Shown in pieces: positions 1 to 20,905 of a DNA stretch of 64,000 bases. Location: the NCBI GenBank assembly GCA_943704425.1, contig CALSCP010001214.1, forward strand, positions 19,606 to 83,605, given 5' to 3'. Position 1 is the first letter of the stretch, and the number at the start of each line of letters is the position of its first letter. Source of the DNA: Ministeria vibrans ATCC 50519 (lineage: Eukaryota; Protista; Filasterea). Below the pieces are notes generated by a model. That model saw nothing but the letters and a program-made list of their open reading frames with translations. It had not been told where the DNA came from and searched no databases. Position numbers and translations under genes: made by a program.

Positions 1-42
1 TACTGCGTTCACACACACGCACACACACACATACACACACAT

Positions 43-73
<31 letters not shown>

Positions 74-144
74 CACACACACACACATACATACATACAA
101 ACCCTCTTTGACACACGTATGTACTGTCGTTTTGAAACACACAG

Positions 145-1581
145 AAGCTGGATCAATGTTCCAGGAATTTGCTGGTGCCCTCCCAGGAATGGACGAAGCT
201 TTCAGTTTTGCCGAAGTGATGAAGTAACAATTTTACTAAGAAGAATATAATTATTATAATATTAATTTAATATGGGTTGTTTTAGATTGGCCGAAAGTTT
301 GGACTACAGTTCAATTGTGTTTGACACTGCACCTACCGGACACACGCTGCGCTTCCTGGCCTTCCCGGGCATCATCGACAAGGCGCTTGGTACTCTTTTG
401 CAGGCCAAAGCGCGTTTTATGCCCTATGTCAATATGGTATCGAAAACAAAGTCACACACAATTCAAAAAGACTGAATTCCAGTCAAATTGTACAATAATA
501 TTGATTTTTTTTACAAACACATGTTTATGTGTAGGCATTGAGTACATTTGGAATGAGTGATTCAGTTGACACTGAAGGAATTCTCACAAAGGTAAAATTA
601 AAATTAATAATAATAATTATTATTATTATTAAGATATTAATTTTTATTATGATTATTACAAGAAAATAAAATAATTAATAATGCTAATAATAATAATAAT
701 AATAATATATAATAATTATTATAGAGAATAGAAAGCTGTAATGTCATAACAATTATAATGATTATACTAATTGTTTTTGTTTTCGATGTAGTTGACTGAT
801 GCAAAAGCTGTCATTGAACGGGTGAACGAACAATTTAGAAACCCAGTAACAATATCGCAAAGAACGAAAAAATGAAAGACGAAGACGAACAAGCACACAA
901 TCCAAAAGTTTCTGATCCTTAAACAATGGTAATACTGTACTTAGGACAAAACGACATTTGTGTGTGTGTGCATTGCGGAGTTTCTGTCATTGTATGAGAC
1001 TGAGCGACTGATTCAGGAACTGACTGTGCATGAGATTGATTCACATAACATCATTGTGAATCAGCTGTTGCTGAAACACTCCGGTACCGATTGTGTGTGA
1101 TGTGTGTGTGCGTGTGGAGTGGGACTGAGTGAAGGAGTGAGTGAATTTATATATTTGTTGAGTGAGTGAGCGAGTGAATGACTTCATTGAGTGAGTCATG
1201 ACTGATTGAGAGGATCATAATCATAATTATTCTTATTATTATCCTTGTTTGTTGATTGTGAGATGAGTTTGACTAATAATCACTGGTGTGTGTTGTCTGT
1301 GTGTTCTGCTTCTTAACTAGACGCTCGTGACTGTGATATGTGTGCGGCTCGTATGAAAATCCAATCAAAGTATCTCGAACAAATAGCCGATCTTTACGAG
1401 GTAATACGTTTCCTTTATTCCCTTCCTTAATACTCAATGACAACTCCATTGTTCAATGCCACCCCCCTAGGAGGACTTCCACGTTGTAAAGCTTCCTTTG
1501 CTTCCCCGTGAGGTTCGTGGAGTCGACAGTGTCTCCAGTTTTAGCGAAATGCTCTTGAAACCTTACAACCCGAATGAATGA
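145..1581 (+). CDS. ASNA1: GET3/ASNA1 (TRC40) tail-anchored protein targeting ATPase, 5'-partial. Exons approx 145-223, 286-436, 535-591, 792-845, 945-1083, 1321-1400, 1471-1581
   Basis: Spliced translation gives [14 protein letters not shown], switch [39 protein letters not shown], dimer CxxC (CDMC) and [17 protein letters not shown]. All introns are GT-AG with consistent phase. Stop TGA at 1579-1581. Confidence 0.96.
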
Positions 1582-1642
1582 ATGAGATCGAATTACTACA
1601 AATCAATACAACACTTCTTTTTACTAATAATTATTATTGTAT

Positions 1643-4202
<2,560 letters not shown>

Positions 4203-4488
4203 GGCGATGAAAACAGTGACGACTGACGAATGCGAATGATGGACAGATGAATATTGTACTTCCTATTATGAACATGGATTGGAACTGAATCGTAATTTTG
4301 CTGTTGATTGGAATATGACTCAATATGTAAACATTTAGCCTTGTAAATAAAAATGCAATCTTAATGATCTCTTTGTCTCGAGCTACGTCGTCATTAATAA
4401 TAATATTAATTTTATTCATCTTTTTTTTCTCTCTCTCACTCTTTCATTCTCTCGTTCTCTCTCACTCTCTCAAATCCAAAGCTATCTC

Positions 4489-7400
4489 TTAACTGCACAA
4501 GGTGACACCCGCGCTGAGAGACGACGAGCACGATGAAGGGCAGATGTGAGTAACAATGGAGCACAGGAGATCGGTCTGCGCATCGTTGACGCTCGCGGCC
4601 ACAAAAGCATGGCGGAGTGTGGCGCGAAGAGCGTAATCGTCAAAGTCACCGAGGCGGCGAGCGCGCTGGCCAATCATGTAGTCCGACGAGATGTTGTCGT
4701 TGGACAAGGCAGCGACATTCAGTGCGGAGCCAATGACCACGCCGTCAATGTAGACGTAAATGTTGCTCTCCGTGGTGGAACCACCGACTCGCTGGAAGGC
4801 GACAGCCAAGTTTCCGCTGGTGGTGCGCAGGCCGGCGATGCCTGAAATGGTGTGAACCGTCCTCGTGCCTTGGACGTTAATGTACTCGATGAGGAGTTTG
4901 TCGTTGTCCAACACGAAAATACCAAACCAACGCGTCTCGGCAACCAGATTGGTCTGCGTCATGTGTGACAGAATCCAGCCCGTAGTGCTCGTGATCAAAA
5001 TGTCAACGGCAAAGACAAAGTCCACGAGCGAAGCCGACGAGGAAACATCAGCACGGGGAATATCAATGCGACCGCCGGTAAGCGTCACCGTGTCAAGCAC
5101 AGCGGAGTTGCTGGCGAGGCGTGAACCGCCCGTGTTAGTATAGTCGGTGTTGCTGTCAAGGATTGGGTAGGACAGAAGGCCGTTGGAAGGGATGCCCTCG
5201 TCACAACGCACTCCCGTGGAGATAGTCAGCGAGCAGTCGCATGTAATAGTCGAGCCCGACACGGAGGCCACACCCCAGTTGCAGTATTCGGCAGCGGTAA
5301 TCTCACACAGGGTTCCGGTGACGCCCGATGGACACGCACAAGTAAAGGCGAGATCGTCGACACTGCCCGAAGAGCAGGTACCACCATTCTGGCAAGGGAA
5401 GTTGGCAGCGGTACAGCCGTCAAGTGACTCGCCATACAAGGACATGCCAGCCTCGAGTTGACCGGGGAGTAGGAAGGTTCCACGAAGGTAATTCTTGTTC
5501 TGCTGGCCTGGATCGCGCGGGCGGCCGCCCAGCATGAACACACCGTCAAACTGATTGCCAAATTCCATGGCGCCGCCGACGGCGGCTTGCTGGCCCACCT
5601 GTACGCCATCAAGGAAGAGGGTGATGACTTCGGAAGGTGACACGGACACAGCGATGGAATGCCATCCAAGTGCCATGTCGACTCCCGTCTCCAACGACAG
5701 TGTCTTTTGGGAAGTGGTGGTGTACGAGAAAAACAGTGTGGTGGAGCGCACAAACAGGCCGAAGTAGCGCTTCAGAGTCGCGTCCACGAGAGGATTGTTG
5801 GTCTTGATTGCGAGCCAGGCACCCAGATTGCGCTCAAAGTAAGGTGCGTCGAAATGGAACCAGCCAAAGAGATGGAAGCCGACCGAGGTGGGTTGCACCG
5901 CGAGAGGCGTGGGAACCAGGCGGAAGGCCTGTTCCAATCGCTGTTCGTTCACGAGCGTGAGCGACTGGCGAGTCGAACTGGGACGACCCGAGCCAGTGAT
6001 AAGCGCATGGTTGGGGTTGACACCCTGAGCCTGCACCACCGAGTCGACGACCATGTCCAAGTCCTTGGTGACAATGTCAAAGGTTTCGCACTCATTGCCA
6101 CTGAAACCCAAGGCACAGACGCACGTGTACGCGTTGCTGATCTCGATACATGAGGCTCCGTTAGAGCATGGGCTGCTCTCGCACGATTGAATCTCATCTG
6201 CGCACACGACACCAGTGAAGCCGGACGCACAGCTGCACGTCCAGGTCAGGTCATCGACGGTCGAGCCGATGCAAGTACCGCCATTGTGGCAAGGACTGTT
6301 GGCAACGTCGCAGCCGGTAAGGCCTTGCTCCGTCTTGCACGTACCCACCGACTCGAGGGTGCCGACGAACAGGTAGTTGTTCGGGAAGCGACCGCCCAGC
6401 GTGAACACGTCGGTGTTGTCGCCGTACGTGAGGCCAGCATTCACTGAGTTGAACGTTTGTGCCACAGCACCGTTAACGACCACTGTAAGGGTGGTGCCCT
6501 CCACCGAGGCGGAGACATGGTACCAAGTGGCGCGCGTTGTCGCCGAGAGAGGAATGGTAAACAGCTGTCCCTCGAGTTGCACCACAAGGTTGCCCAGGTT
6601 TACGAACATTCCGTAATGGCGACCCGAGCTAGCTCCGCTCGACGAGCTCTTAAGCATGATCCAGCCGCCCGAGGGACTCACCGACACCGGTTTCACCCAC
6701 GCGTACATGTGGAGACCGTTGTTGGTGAAGGGCTCGTTCAAGGTGCTCGTCACGGGAACCGTGTTCTTCGCGCCGCTGAACACCATTTCGTTAGCCGTGG
6801 CACCGCCAGGGCGTGTGGTGCTCTGGACTACGCCTGGACCGCTCGAGAGCGACAGAAGGTCAGAGACACAGTCGACAAACTCGCAGTGTTCGCCCGAGAC
6901 TCCGGCGGGGCAGTCGCACGAGTACGACGTCACCTCAGGAACATCCTCGAAACGCACATCGGGACCCAGGTAGTGACGCTCGTTGGAGCGCGTGCCTGGT
7001 GGCGAAACTGAACCCCACGCGACAAAACTGGTACCGGCTCCATAGAAAAAATCGGTGACGGACAGACCTGGTTGGGAGTCCACGTTGCTGTTCGCAATTG
7101 TGGTCACTGTTTGCGCAGTCTGGAAAATAGCCTGCGTGCTGTACACTGTTCCGGCTGTCAATGTCACGGGCGTCGCCAGGTTCTTGTACAAAAAGTTGGT
7201 AGACGATCCAGTGCCAGATGTGGCAGTGGGGTCATTCGGTGTAATCGTCACCGTGGCCAACACAGTGGAATCATCCAGAATCGCGAGCTGAACAGTACCG
7301 CTAACGTCAGTGAGGGTGTCAAGATGGACGGTAAGACCAGTGACAATACGGTCACTGTCCACGCTAAAGTGGTAGCCCACAACACCGGACAATTGCAAGT

Positions 7401-10400
7401 TAAAATTGTGCACAGGCATGTCGAATCCGTTGGCCGATGGTGTGCCATCGACCGAGCATGAGCCTCCATGCTGGCATGGGTTTGAGCCGCACGAGTCGTC
7501 GAGAACCTGACACTGCGTGCCCGTGAAACCAGTGGCACATGTACATGTGTACGAATCGAATGTTTGGCCCTCAACACAAGTACCGCCGTTCTGGCAGGGG
7601 TTCGACGCGCACTCGTCAATGTCGGTCTCGCAATGCGTGCCGGTCGAGCCGACCACGCAAACACACGTGTAGAGGTCGAAATCGTTGCTCTCGATGCACG
7701 TCGCTCCATTCACGCAAGGGTTCGACTCGCACTCGTTGATAACCGTCTCGCACCAGGTGCCGGTCGTGCCCTGGAGGCAGTCGCATGTGTACCAGTCGAA
7801 CGCCGAACCTTCTTCGCAGGTTCCGCCGTTGGAGCAGGGGTTTGACGCGCACTCGTCAACGTCGGTCTCGCACCAGGTACCAGTCGTACCAGTGGCGCAT
7901 GTGCAGGTGTACGAGNNNNNNNNNNNNNNNNNNNNNNNNNNNNNNNNNNNNNNNNNNNNNNNNNNNNNNNNNNNNNNNNNNNNNNNNNNNNNNNNNNNNN
8001 NNNNNNNNNNNNNNNNNNNNNNNNNNNNNNNNNNNNNNNNNNNNNNNNNNNNNNNNNNNNNNNNNNNNNNNNNNNNNNNNNNNNNNNNNNNNNNGTCAAT
8101 GTCGGTCTCGCACCAGGTGCCGGTGGAGCCGGTGGCGCATGTGCAGGTGTACCAGTCGAGAGCCTGGCCCTCAACGCAAGTGCCGCCGTTCTGGCAAGGG
8201 TTGGACTCGCACTCATCAATGTCGGTCTCGCACCAAGTGCCGGTGGAGCCGGTGGCGCATGTGCAGGTGTACCAGTCGAGAGCCTGGCCCTCAACGCAAG
8301 TACCGCCGTTCTGGCAGGGGTTCGACGCGCACTCGTCAATGTCGGTCTCGCACCAAGTGCCGGTGGAGCCGGTGGCGCATGTGCAGGTGTACCAGTCGAG
8401 AGCCTGGCCCTCAACGCAAGTTCCGCCGTTCTGGCAGGGGTTCGACGCGCACTCGTCAATGTCGGTCTCGCAATGCGTGCCGGTCGAGCCGACCACGCAA
8501 ACACACGTGTAGAGGTCGAAATCGTTGCTCTCGATGCACGTCGCTCCATTCAGGCAAGGGTTCGACTCACACTCGTTGATAACCGTCTCGCACCAGGTGC
8601 CGGTCGTGCCCTGGAGGCAGTCGCATGTGTACCAGTCGAACGCCGAACCTTCTTCGCAGGTTCCGCCGTTGGAGCAGGGGTTTGACGCGCACTCGTCAAC
8701 GTCGGTCTCGCACCAGGTACCAGTCGTACCAGTGGCGCATGTGCAGGTGTACGAGTCGAGAGCCTGGCCCTCAACGCAAGTAGCGCCGTTCTGGCAAGGA
8801 CTTGATGCACACTCGTCAATGTCGGTCTCGCACCAAGTGCCGGTGGAGCCAGTGGCGCATGAGCACGTGTAGGAATCAAATGTTTGACCCTCAACGCAAG
8901 TACCGCCGTTCTGACAAGGGTTCGACGCACACTCATCAATGTCGGTCTCGCACGAGGAACCAGTCGTGCCCACCACACACGTACACGTGTACAAGTTTGG
9001 GGTGTTTCCGTTGGAGCACGTTCCACCGTTCTGGCAAGGGTTTGAGTCACACTCGTTGATGTCATTCTGGCACGAAATGCCAGTGAATCCGGCAGGGCAG
9101 GTGCATGTGTACGAGACCACGCCGTTGTTGCAGGTGCCACCATTGGCGCAAGGAGCCGAAAGACAATCGTCGATGTTGGTTTCGCATTGGGCACCAATGA
9201 AATCTTGAGGACATTGGCAGCTGAAAACGTCGATTTCCGAACCACCGTTGACAGGTTCAATGGTAATATCATCGAGAGAGTAGAAAAAACTACTCGACTG
9301 TGAGGCGGACTGGGCAAAGCGCCAACGAAGAGCAAACGCGAAGGGTGCCACGGGAACACTGATAGTCAAAGAGACCTGAGTCCATGAGTTCAAAGTACTG
9401 GTCCATGCGTGCTGACCGTGGAGAGGGTTAGTAGCGTCGTTGACCTGCGAGTCGAAAAGAACTTGCGGGTCATTCGTCACAATGGACTGGTCAGCAATCG
9501 GGCTGAAGTTTTCGCCGTCGAACGAGATTTCAAGGGTCGTGGCCGCGTCGTTGGCGAGACTGTACCGGTGCTGGAACTTGATAACGTAGCCTTGGGTGTT
9601 GGTGCTTGTGATGAGAGGTCCCTCAAGAACCTCGTCGATGTTGGCTTGGCTGTTAATGTCCGCGTACTGGTTGGGGACATCACGGCGTCTGTCGTTGCCT
9701 TCCTGCTCGACCACAAAGTTGTTGGAAGTCTTCGGGGGCGAGTGGACAATAGACTTGGCGACCCAAGGTCCACTAAAGTTAGGCACTGTGTCGGAATCAA
9801 AGTCCATGGGATACGCGTCAGAGGCCCACTGGAAGGGAACCGAGCAGGTGCCACCGTTGAGGCAAGGCATCGAACCACACTCGTCAATGTCCATTGTGCA
9901 GGTGGGACCGGACCACCCAGCGACGCAGGTACACTCAAAGTAGTCAGGCTGGTTGCCCTCGCTGCATGTGCCACCATTTTCACAGGGGTTTGAGTCACAC
10001 TCGTTGTCATCGGTGGCGCATTCGGCGCCCGAGAAACCACTGGGGCAGGCACACTCGTAGGCGTTGAGGTTGGGCGTGGTGCAAGTACCGCCGTTGGTGC
10101 AAGGACTCGAAGCACACTCGTTAATGTCAACCTCGCACTTGGAGCCGGTGTAACCGGCCACACAGATGCACGTGAACATGTCGGAACCATCGGTACAAGA
10201 ACCGCTGTTCTGGCACGGGTTTGAGTCGCACTCGTTCAAGTCAGACTCACATTGAGGACCAGTGAAGCCTGACGGGCACTGGCAGTTGAAGAAATCCGGT
10301 TGGTTACCCTCGTCACAGCTACCGCCATTCTCGCACGGGGTTGAAACACACTCGTCGATATCGGTTTCGCACTGGGCACCAGTGAAACCGGCGGCACATG

Positions 10401-13400
10401 TGCACTCGTAGTAATTCACTTGAACTCCGCCGTCACTGGGCAAGAGCGCCATCTCGTCAATGAACCAACCGGCATAGCTTGTGCCCTGGTCGTTGGCGAA
10501 CGAAAATCGCAGGAGGAATGGCTGGTTGACGAGGGAGTTGCTAAAGGCCAGACGCACCGTGACGAATTGGATAGCGAAATTGACGTTGTCGACACCGATT
10601 TGACCAGACCAAGTCGAGCGTGGAAGGTTGGGCATAGGAACCGTCGTGGCTGATGACTGGTGGTTATACGTACCCGCTTCGAAGGTCGCCTTGGTGGTGA
10701 TGTCGGCCCAGGTTCCGCCATTATCGAGTGAGATGTCAAGAACACCCAAGCCGAAACCAGACTCGGATCTGAGGAGGTGCTTGAAAGCGAACTTGGCGCC
10801 GGCAGAGAAAAGAGTGATGGGGCCAATGGTAACGTCCGATCGTGCAATAATATCCGTCTCGTCCACGTGCAGGGCCTTAACACCGTCACTGGCCAAGGGA
10901 TTTCCGTTCTGGCCGTTCACGGTCGACTGCGTGAATCCCGTCCCGGAGCCGACAGGAGTTGACGTGGTGAATCCAGAAGGCAAAGAGCCGCCCTCAAAGC
11001 TGGTGGGCAGACCCGCGAAGCTCCAGAGGGCACCCTCACCACAGGTGGCTCCGTTGCTGCAGGGGCTTGAGGCACACTCGTCAATGTCCGACTCGCAGTG
11101 CGTGCCGGTGTAACCAGTCACACAGGTGCAACTGTAGCCGTCAACACCATCGCTGCACGAAGCGCCGTTTTGGCATGGACAGGAATTGCACTCATTGATG
11201 TTTTGTTCACAGTGAGTACCGGTGAAGCCGCTGTGGCACGAGCAACTGTAGCTGTTGACACCGTCGAAACACGTGCCAGCGTTGGTACAGGGGCTCGAGA
11301 CGCACTCGTCAATGTTGGTCTCACAATGAGTTCCGGTGTAGCCAAGAACACACATACATGTGTAGCTGTTGATCATGTCGTTGCAGGTACCGCCATTCTC
11401 GCACGGATCGGACACACATTCGTCGATGTTTGTCTCGCACTGGGTGCCGGTGTAACCCGCCACACACATGCAGCTGTAGCCGTCGACGTTGTCGGTACAT
11501 GTGGCGCCGTTCTCACACGGAGTGGACACACACTCGTTGATCTCCGTCTCGCAATGAGTACCAGTGAAGCCGCTGTGACACGAGCAACTGTAGCCATCGA
11601 CNNNNNNNNGTCGGTACATGTGGCGCCGTTCTCACACGGAGTGGACACACACTCGTTGATCTCCGTCTCGCAATGAGTACCGGTGAAGCCGCTGTGGCAC
11701 GAGCAAATGTAGCCATCGACTGAGTCAAGACATGAAGCAGCGTTGGTACAGGGGCTCGAGGCGCACTCGTCGATCTCCGACTCGCAATGAGTTCCGGTGT
11801 AGCCAAGAACACAGGTACATGAGTAGCCGTCGACCATGTCGTTGCAGGTACCGCCATTCTCGCACGGATCGGACACACATTCGTCGATGTTTGTCTCGCA
11901 CTGGGTGCCGGTGTATCCGGCACCGCAAATGCAAGAGAACGCGTCGATGGTGGATGTAGTGCATGTCCCGCCATTTTCGCACGGACTTGAAGCACACTCG
12001 TCAATGTCTTGTTCACACTTGGTACCAGTGAAGCCTGCCTGGCAGGCGCACGTGAAGAATCCCGCTCCTTGATCGTCGCTGCAAGTACCTGCGTTGGTAC
12101 ACGGACTCGATTCGCACTCCTGAATGTCAGTCTCGCAAATATCGCCCGTGTATCCTGCGGCGCACAAGCACGCAAAGTTGTCGGGGGAGTTGCCCTGACT
12201 GCATGTACCACCATTTTCGCATGGCAGAGAGGCGCACTCGTTAATGTCACTCTCGCATTGTTCACCAGTGAAACCATCCTCACACGTACAGAAGTAAACG
12301 TTGGCCATGCTATCTTGGTCGCAGACACCTCCGTTCGCGCAAGGAGACGAGTCGCATTCGTTAATGTCCGACTCACACATGGTTCCGGTGAAACCTGTCA
12401 CGCAAGTGCACTCAAACAAATCGGCAGAGGTTCCCTGCGAGCAAGAACCACCGTTGGAACACGGCTGCGATTCGCACTCGTTGATGTCCGTCTCGCACTG
12501 GGTGCCGGTAAAACCATCGCCACAAGTGCACTCAAACAGATTGGCGGTGCTGCCCTCGGTGCAGGTGCCGCCATTCTCGCACGGACTCGAGTCACACTCA
12601 TCAATCTCGACCTCACATTTTGTTCCCGTCCAGCCGACGGCGCAGGTGCAGATAAACAAGTTTGCTGTGTTGCCTTCAGAACAGGAGCCACCGTTCGCGC
12701 ACGGGGTAGAGGCGCACTCGTCGATATCTGTCTCGCAGTTGGTGCCCGTGTAGCCATTGGCGCACAGACAGGCATACATGTCGGGCGTCTGGCTGTTGGC
12801 GCAGGTGGCGCCATTCTCGCACGGGGTTGAGTCACACTCGTTGATGTCGGTGTCGCAGGTGGTGCCGGTCCAGCCCGCAGGACAGACACAGCCGAAGGAG
12901 TTGATGTTGTCGGTGGTGCAGGTAGCGCCGTTCTCGCAAGGGGTCGAGGCACACTCGTCGATGTCGCTCTCGCAGGTGGTGCCGGTGTAGCCGGGAGCAC
13001 ACTGGCAGCTGAACGAGTTGGGGCTAGGAGTGGTGCAGGTAGCGCCGTTCTCGCAAGGGCTTGAGTCACACTCGTTGATGTCGGTCGAGCAGTCCGTTCC
13101 TGTCATGCCAGCGGGACAGTCGCACTTGTAGAGGGACACGCCTCGTCCGAACAGGTTGGGGCCGAAGCGGAAGTAAGGAGAGTTCGAGATAGGTGTACAC
13201 ACTGAAAACCCCGGAGCTGCCTGGTACGTGGTGTCGTGAGGGCAGTTGAACACAACCTGCTGGTTTTGATTGTTTTGAAGGTTGTTGCACAGACAGGAGG
13301 TGAGGACGTTGATCGAGTTGGCAAACGTAGCGGTTCCAGCCTGGCTACTGCCGGTTTGACCAGACACGTAGCCGTCGGTGGCCGATGAATCGTATGATGC

Positions 13401-14705
13401 CATCAGGGTGTACGTTGTGCCGGCGCTGAGGGTAAGCGCCTGGCTGTACGCAACGTAGCGGAAATTGCCACGGTCGGTGACGCCAGTTCCAACGGCGACG
13501 GGCACAGTGAGTACACCATTGTTACCACCGACACCAATAGGAGTGCTGCCGGAGCCCTCAAACAGGGCGATCTTGTGCGCGTTTTGCAGTGACCCGGAGA
13601 CCATGTAGAAACCGAGCTCTTCGACGATGAAGTCGACGGCAGGCGTAAACTGGAAACCAAGAGTACGGAATCCACCTGTGCCTGTGTTTTTGTGGGTTGA
13701 TGGCGCATTAACAATGGTGAAAAACTCTTCACGTGCATCACTGCATGTGGCCGCGCTGTCGCATGGAGAAGTGTTGCAGGGATTGTCGAATGCTTGAACC
13801 GACGACGCAGCTGCAAGTACAGCAACGGCTACGAAAAGTCTCTACAAAAAAAGAAACGAAAGAAAAAAATGAGAAAATCACAAGACGTATTTTAAGAATA
13901 ATATGAAATTAAGTAGATAAAAGACACGATAAACGACACTACGGGCACTGCGAACTGAACAACACACGGAACAGACAAACGATAGTTTTTTTTGTAAAAA
14001 CATCCAACAAAAAAAACAAATAGACGTGTGAGGGCTTGAATGCGATGTCTGAAGGAAAACGGCTGTGTGTTGTGTCCTTCAAGCAGTCTTCCTCCTTTTA
14101 CCGCCTTCTCGACTGTGCCCGAAACGCTCTGACAAACCCCATGTTGAAAATTTTTTCTAACTTGGACACATCGACGTTTTTGCAAAGGAAGCAGGGTAGC
14201 GCGTGATTGAGATAAGACAAAGTGACGCATGCCACGTGTGGATTTATGACCACTGCTGCCTGGAGACGCAGTGCGTGCGGTAACAAATGAGCTGTTCCAC
14301 GTTCAAAAAAAAACGGTAAGAAAAAAAAAACCGTCTTCCCCATCTAAAACGAGCGAGGTGACAAATTGAACGGGTTTCGACGCCCGACGAAAGAATGTCA
14401 AGAAAACCAACGGATTGTCATATGAGACGCAACAAGGGAGAGGCGATGAAAAACCAGAAAAGCCAAGTTTTGATAAAGGATAGTCGCGCGCTCTGTAAGA
14501 ACACGCATCTTGATGGAAAAAGTGCAGAGGACACCAAATGCGAGCAATCCTTGTGCTCAGGGGTCTGACAGGGCTGCCAAACGGTGTAGGCAAAGAGCCT
14601 CTGTGGTCCTTTTGAGTAATATCCAATGCAGAATGATATGATGAAAAAAAAAAAAAAAAAAAAAAAAAAAGAAAGGACGTAAGCCGTTAGCCTTACCGAA
14701 ACCAT
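4489..14705 (-). CDS. Giant secreted EGF-repeat protein (~3,100 aa). Signal peptide, roughly 50 calcium-binding EGF repeats, four inserted beta-sandwich domains (two DUF4082-like, two immune-inhibitor-A/MAM-like) and three C-terminal LamG-like domains; no TM segment
   Basis: ORFs 11373-13604 and 4489-11619 join across an 8-N gap. The large exon starts at 13841 (acceptor ttttgtag) and reads [23 protein letters not shown] probable 9-nt first exon ATG GTT TCG|gtaagg lies at 14705-14697. Repeats read DIDECxSxPCxNGGTC...CxCxxGFTGxxCE. LamG-like motifs include [19 protein letters not shown] and [20 protein letters not shown]. Confidence 0.88.
7565..8990 (-). repeat. Near-identical coding tandem repeats (120-bp, 40-aa EGF unit) inside the secreted EGF gene
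   Basis: 8101-8460 is three nearly identical 120-bp units. 7621-7915 matches 8461-8755 (offset 840 = 7 x 120) with only 2 differences seen. Confidence 0.9.
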
Positions 14706-15184
14706 TCTGCTCTGCAAATACAAGTCCTGAAGCAACGAGAACACGTAGACCAAGGAGGTGTAAAAGCTTACAAAAGAAAAAAAAAGTAAATTGCAGAGGA
14801 TTTGCGATCAAGCTGAACCAGCGTTGCCCCCACATTTTTCCCTTCTATTTTCGTTTCGGAGTTTTTTCAGCGGGTCTCATGTCACACGTCGAACGGCACG
14901 TACGATAAATTCTGGCTGATAGGTGATATGAGTGATGTAGAGTGAGGTCCTTGAGGCGCAGCAAGTGATAGGCACAGTCAGACGAGAGTGGAAGATTATT
15001 CACACCATCACCATCAGATACATCAGTTGTTCTCAGACGAAAAAACACACACCACTCTCACTTTAATAATGAAATTCCACTCTTTCTCTCATTCTCACAG
15101 CCTCCTCGTTGATAGGAGCCCTGAATGTTTGTTTTTTCTTGATTGTTCTCTCTCTCTCTCTCTATCTCTGTCACTTCTCTGCTG

Positions 15185-20590
<5,406 letters not shown>

Positions 20591-20905
20591 CTAATGAAAA
20601 GGTAAAGTAAAAGAATTTTTTTTTTAAAAATGAACATCAGAAGTAATGTGACGAAATGAAGGAGAGTGTCATTTGGGGCATGTGCAGGGCTTTAGCTGGC
20701 TTGATGCGCAACTATGACTTTTATGAGAGTCTCAATAAGAGCATGCGAGAGGGCACAGCCGCGAAGGAGGTCTTGGGAGCCAAAGTATTTGAACATTCCG
20801 GAGACACAAATTTTTTTTTTGTGTCAAAAGAGAAATTCAATAAGATAAGCACAGCGAGAAGTCATACGTCTCGGAAAAGAGTGGATGGCGCGGCAAACTA
20901 GTCAC

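Noticed and set aside
4203-4488. ASDURF-like uORF upstream of ASNSD1, as in human
   Set aside because: The spacer is short and AT-rich with no recognisable prefoldin-like coding sequence.
8095-8460. CRISPR-like array
   Set aside because: These are contiguous coding repeats with no unique spacers, in a eukaryotic context with no cas genes.
9675-9700. Furin site GNDRRRDV in insert 3 of the secreted EGF protein
   Set aside because: It lacks the P4 Arg of the RxxR consensus, so support is too weak.
11373-11619. Apparent frameshift or two separate EGF ORFs
   Set aside because: The frame change coincides with an 8-N gap. The neighbouring repeat (gac gtt gtc) shows that 3 nt would restore frame, so this is one gene and an assembly artefact.
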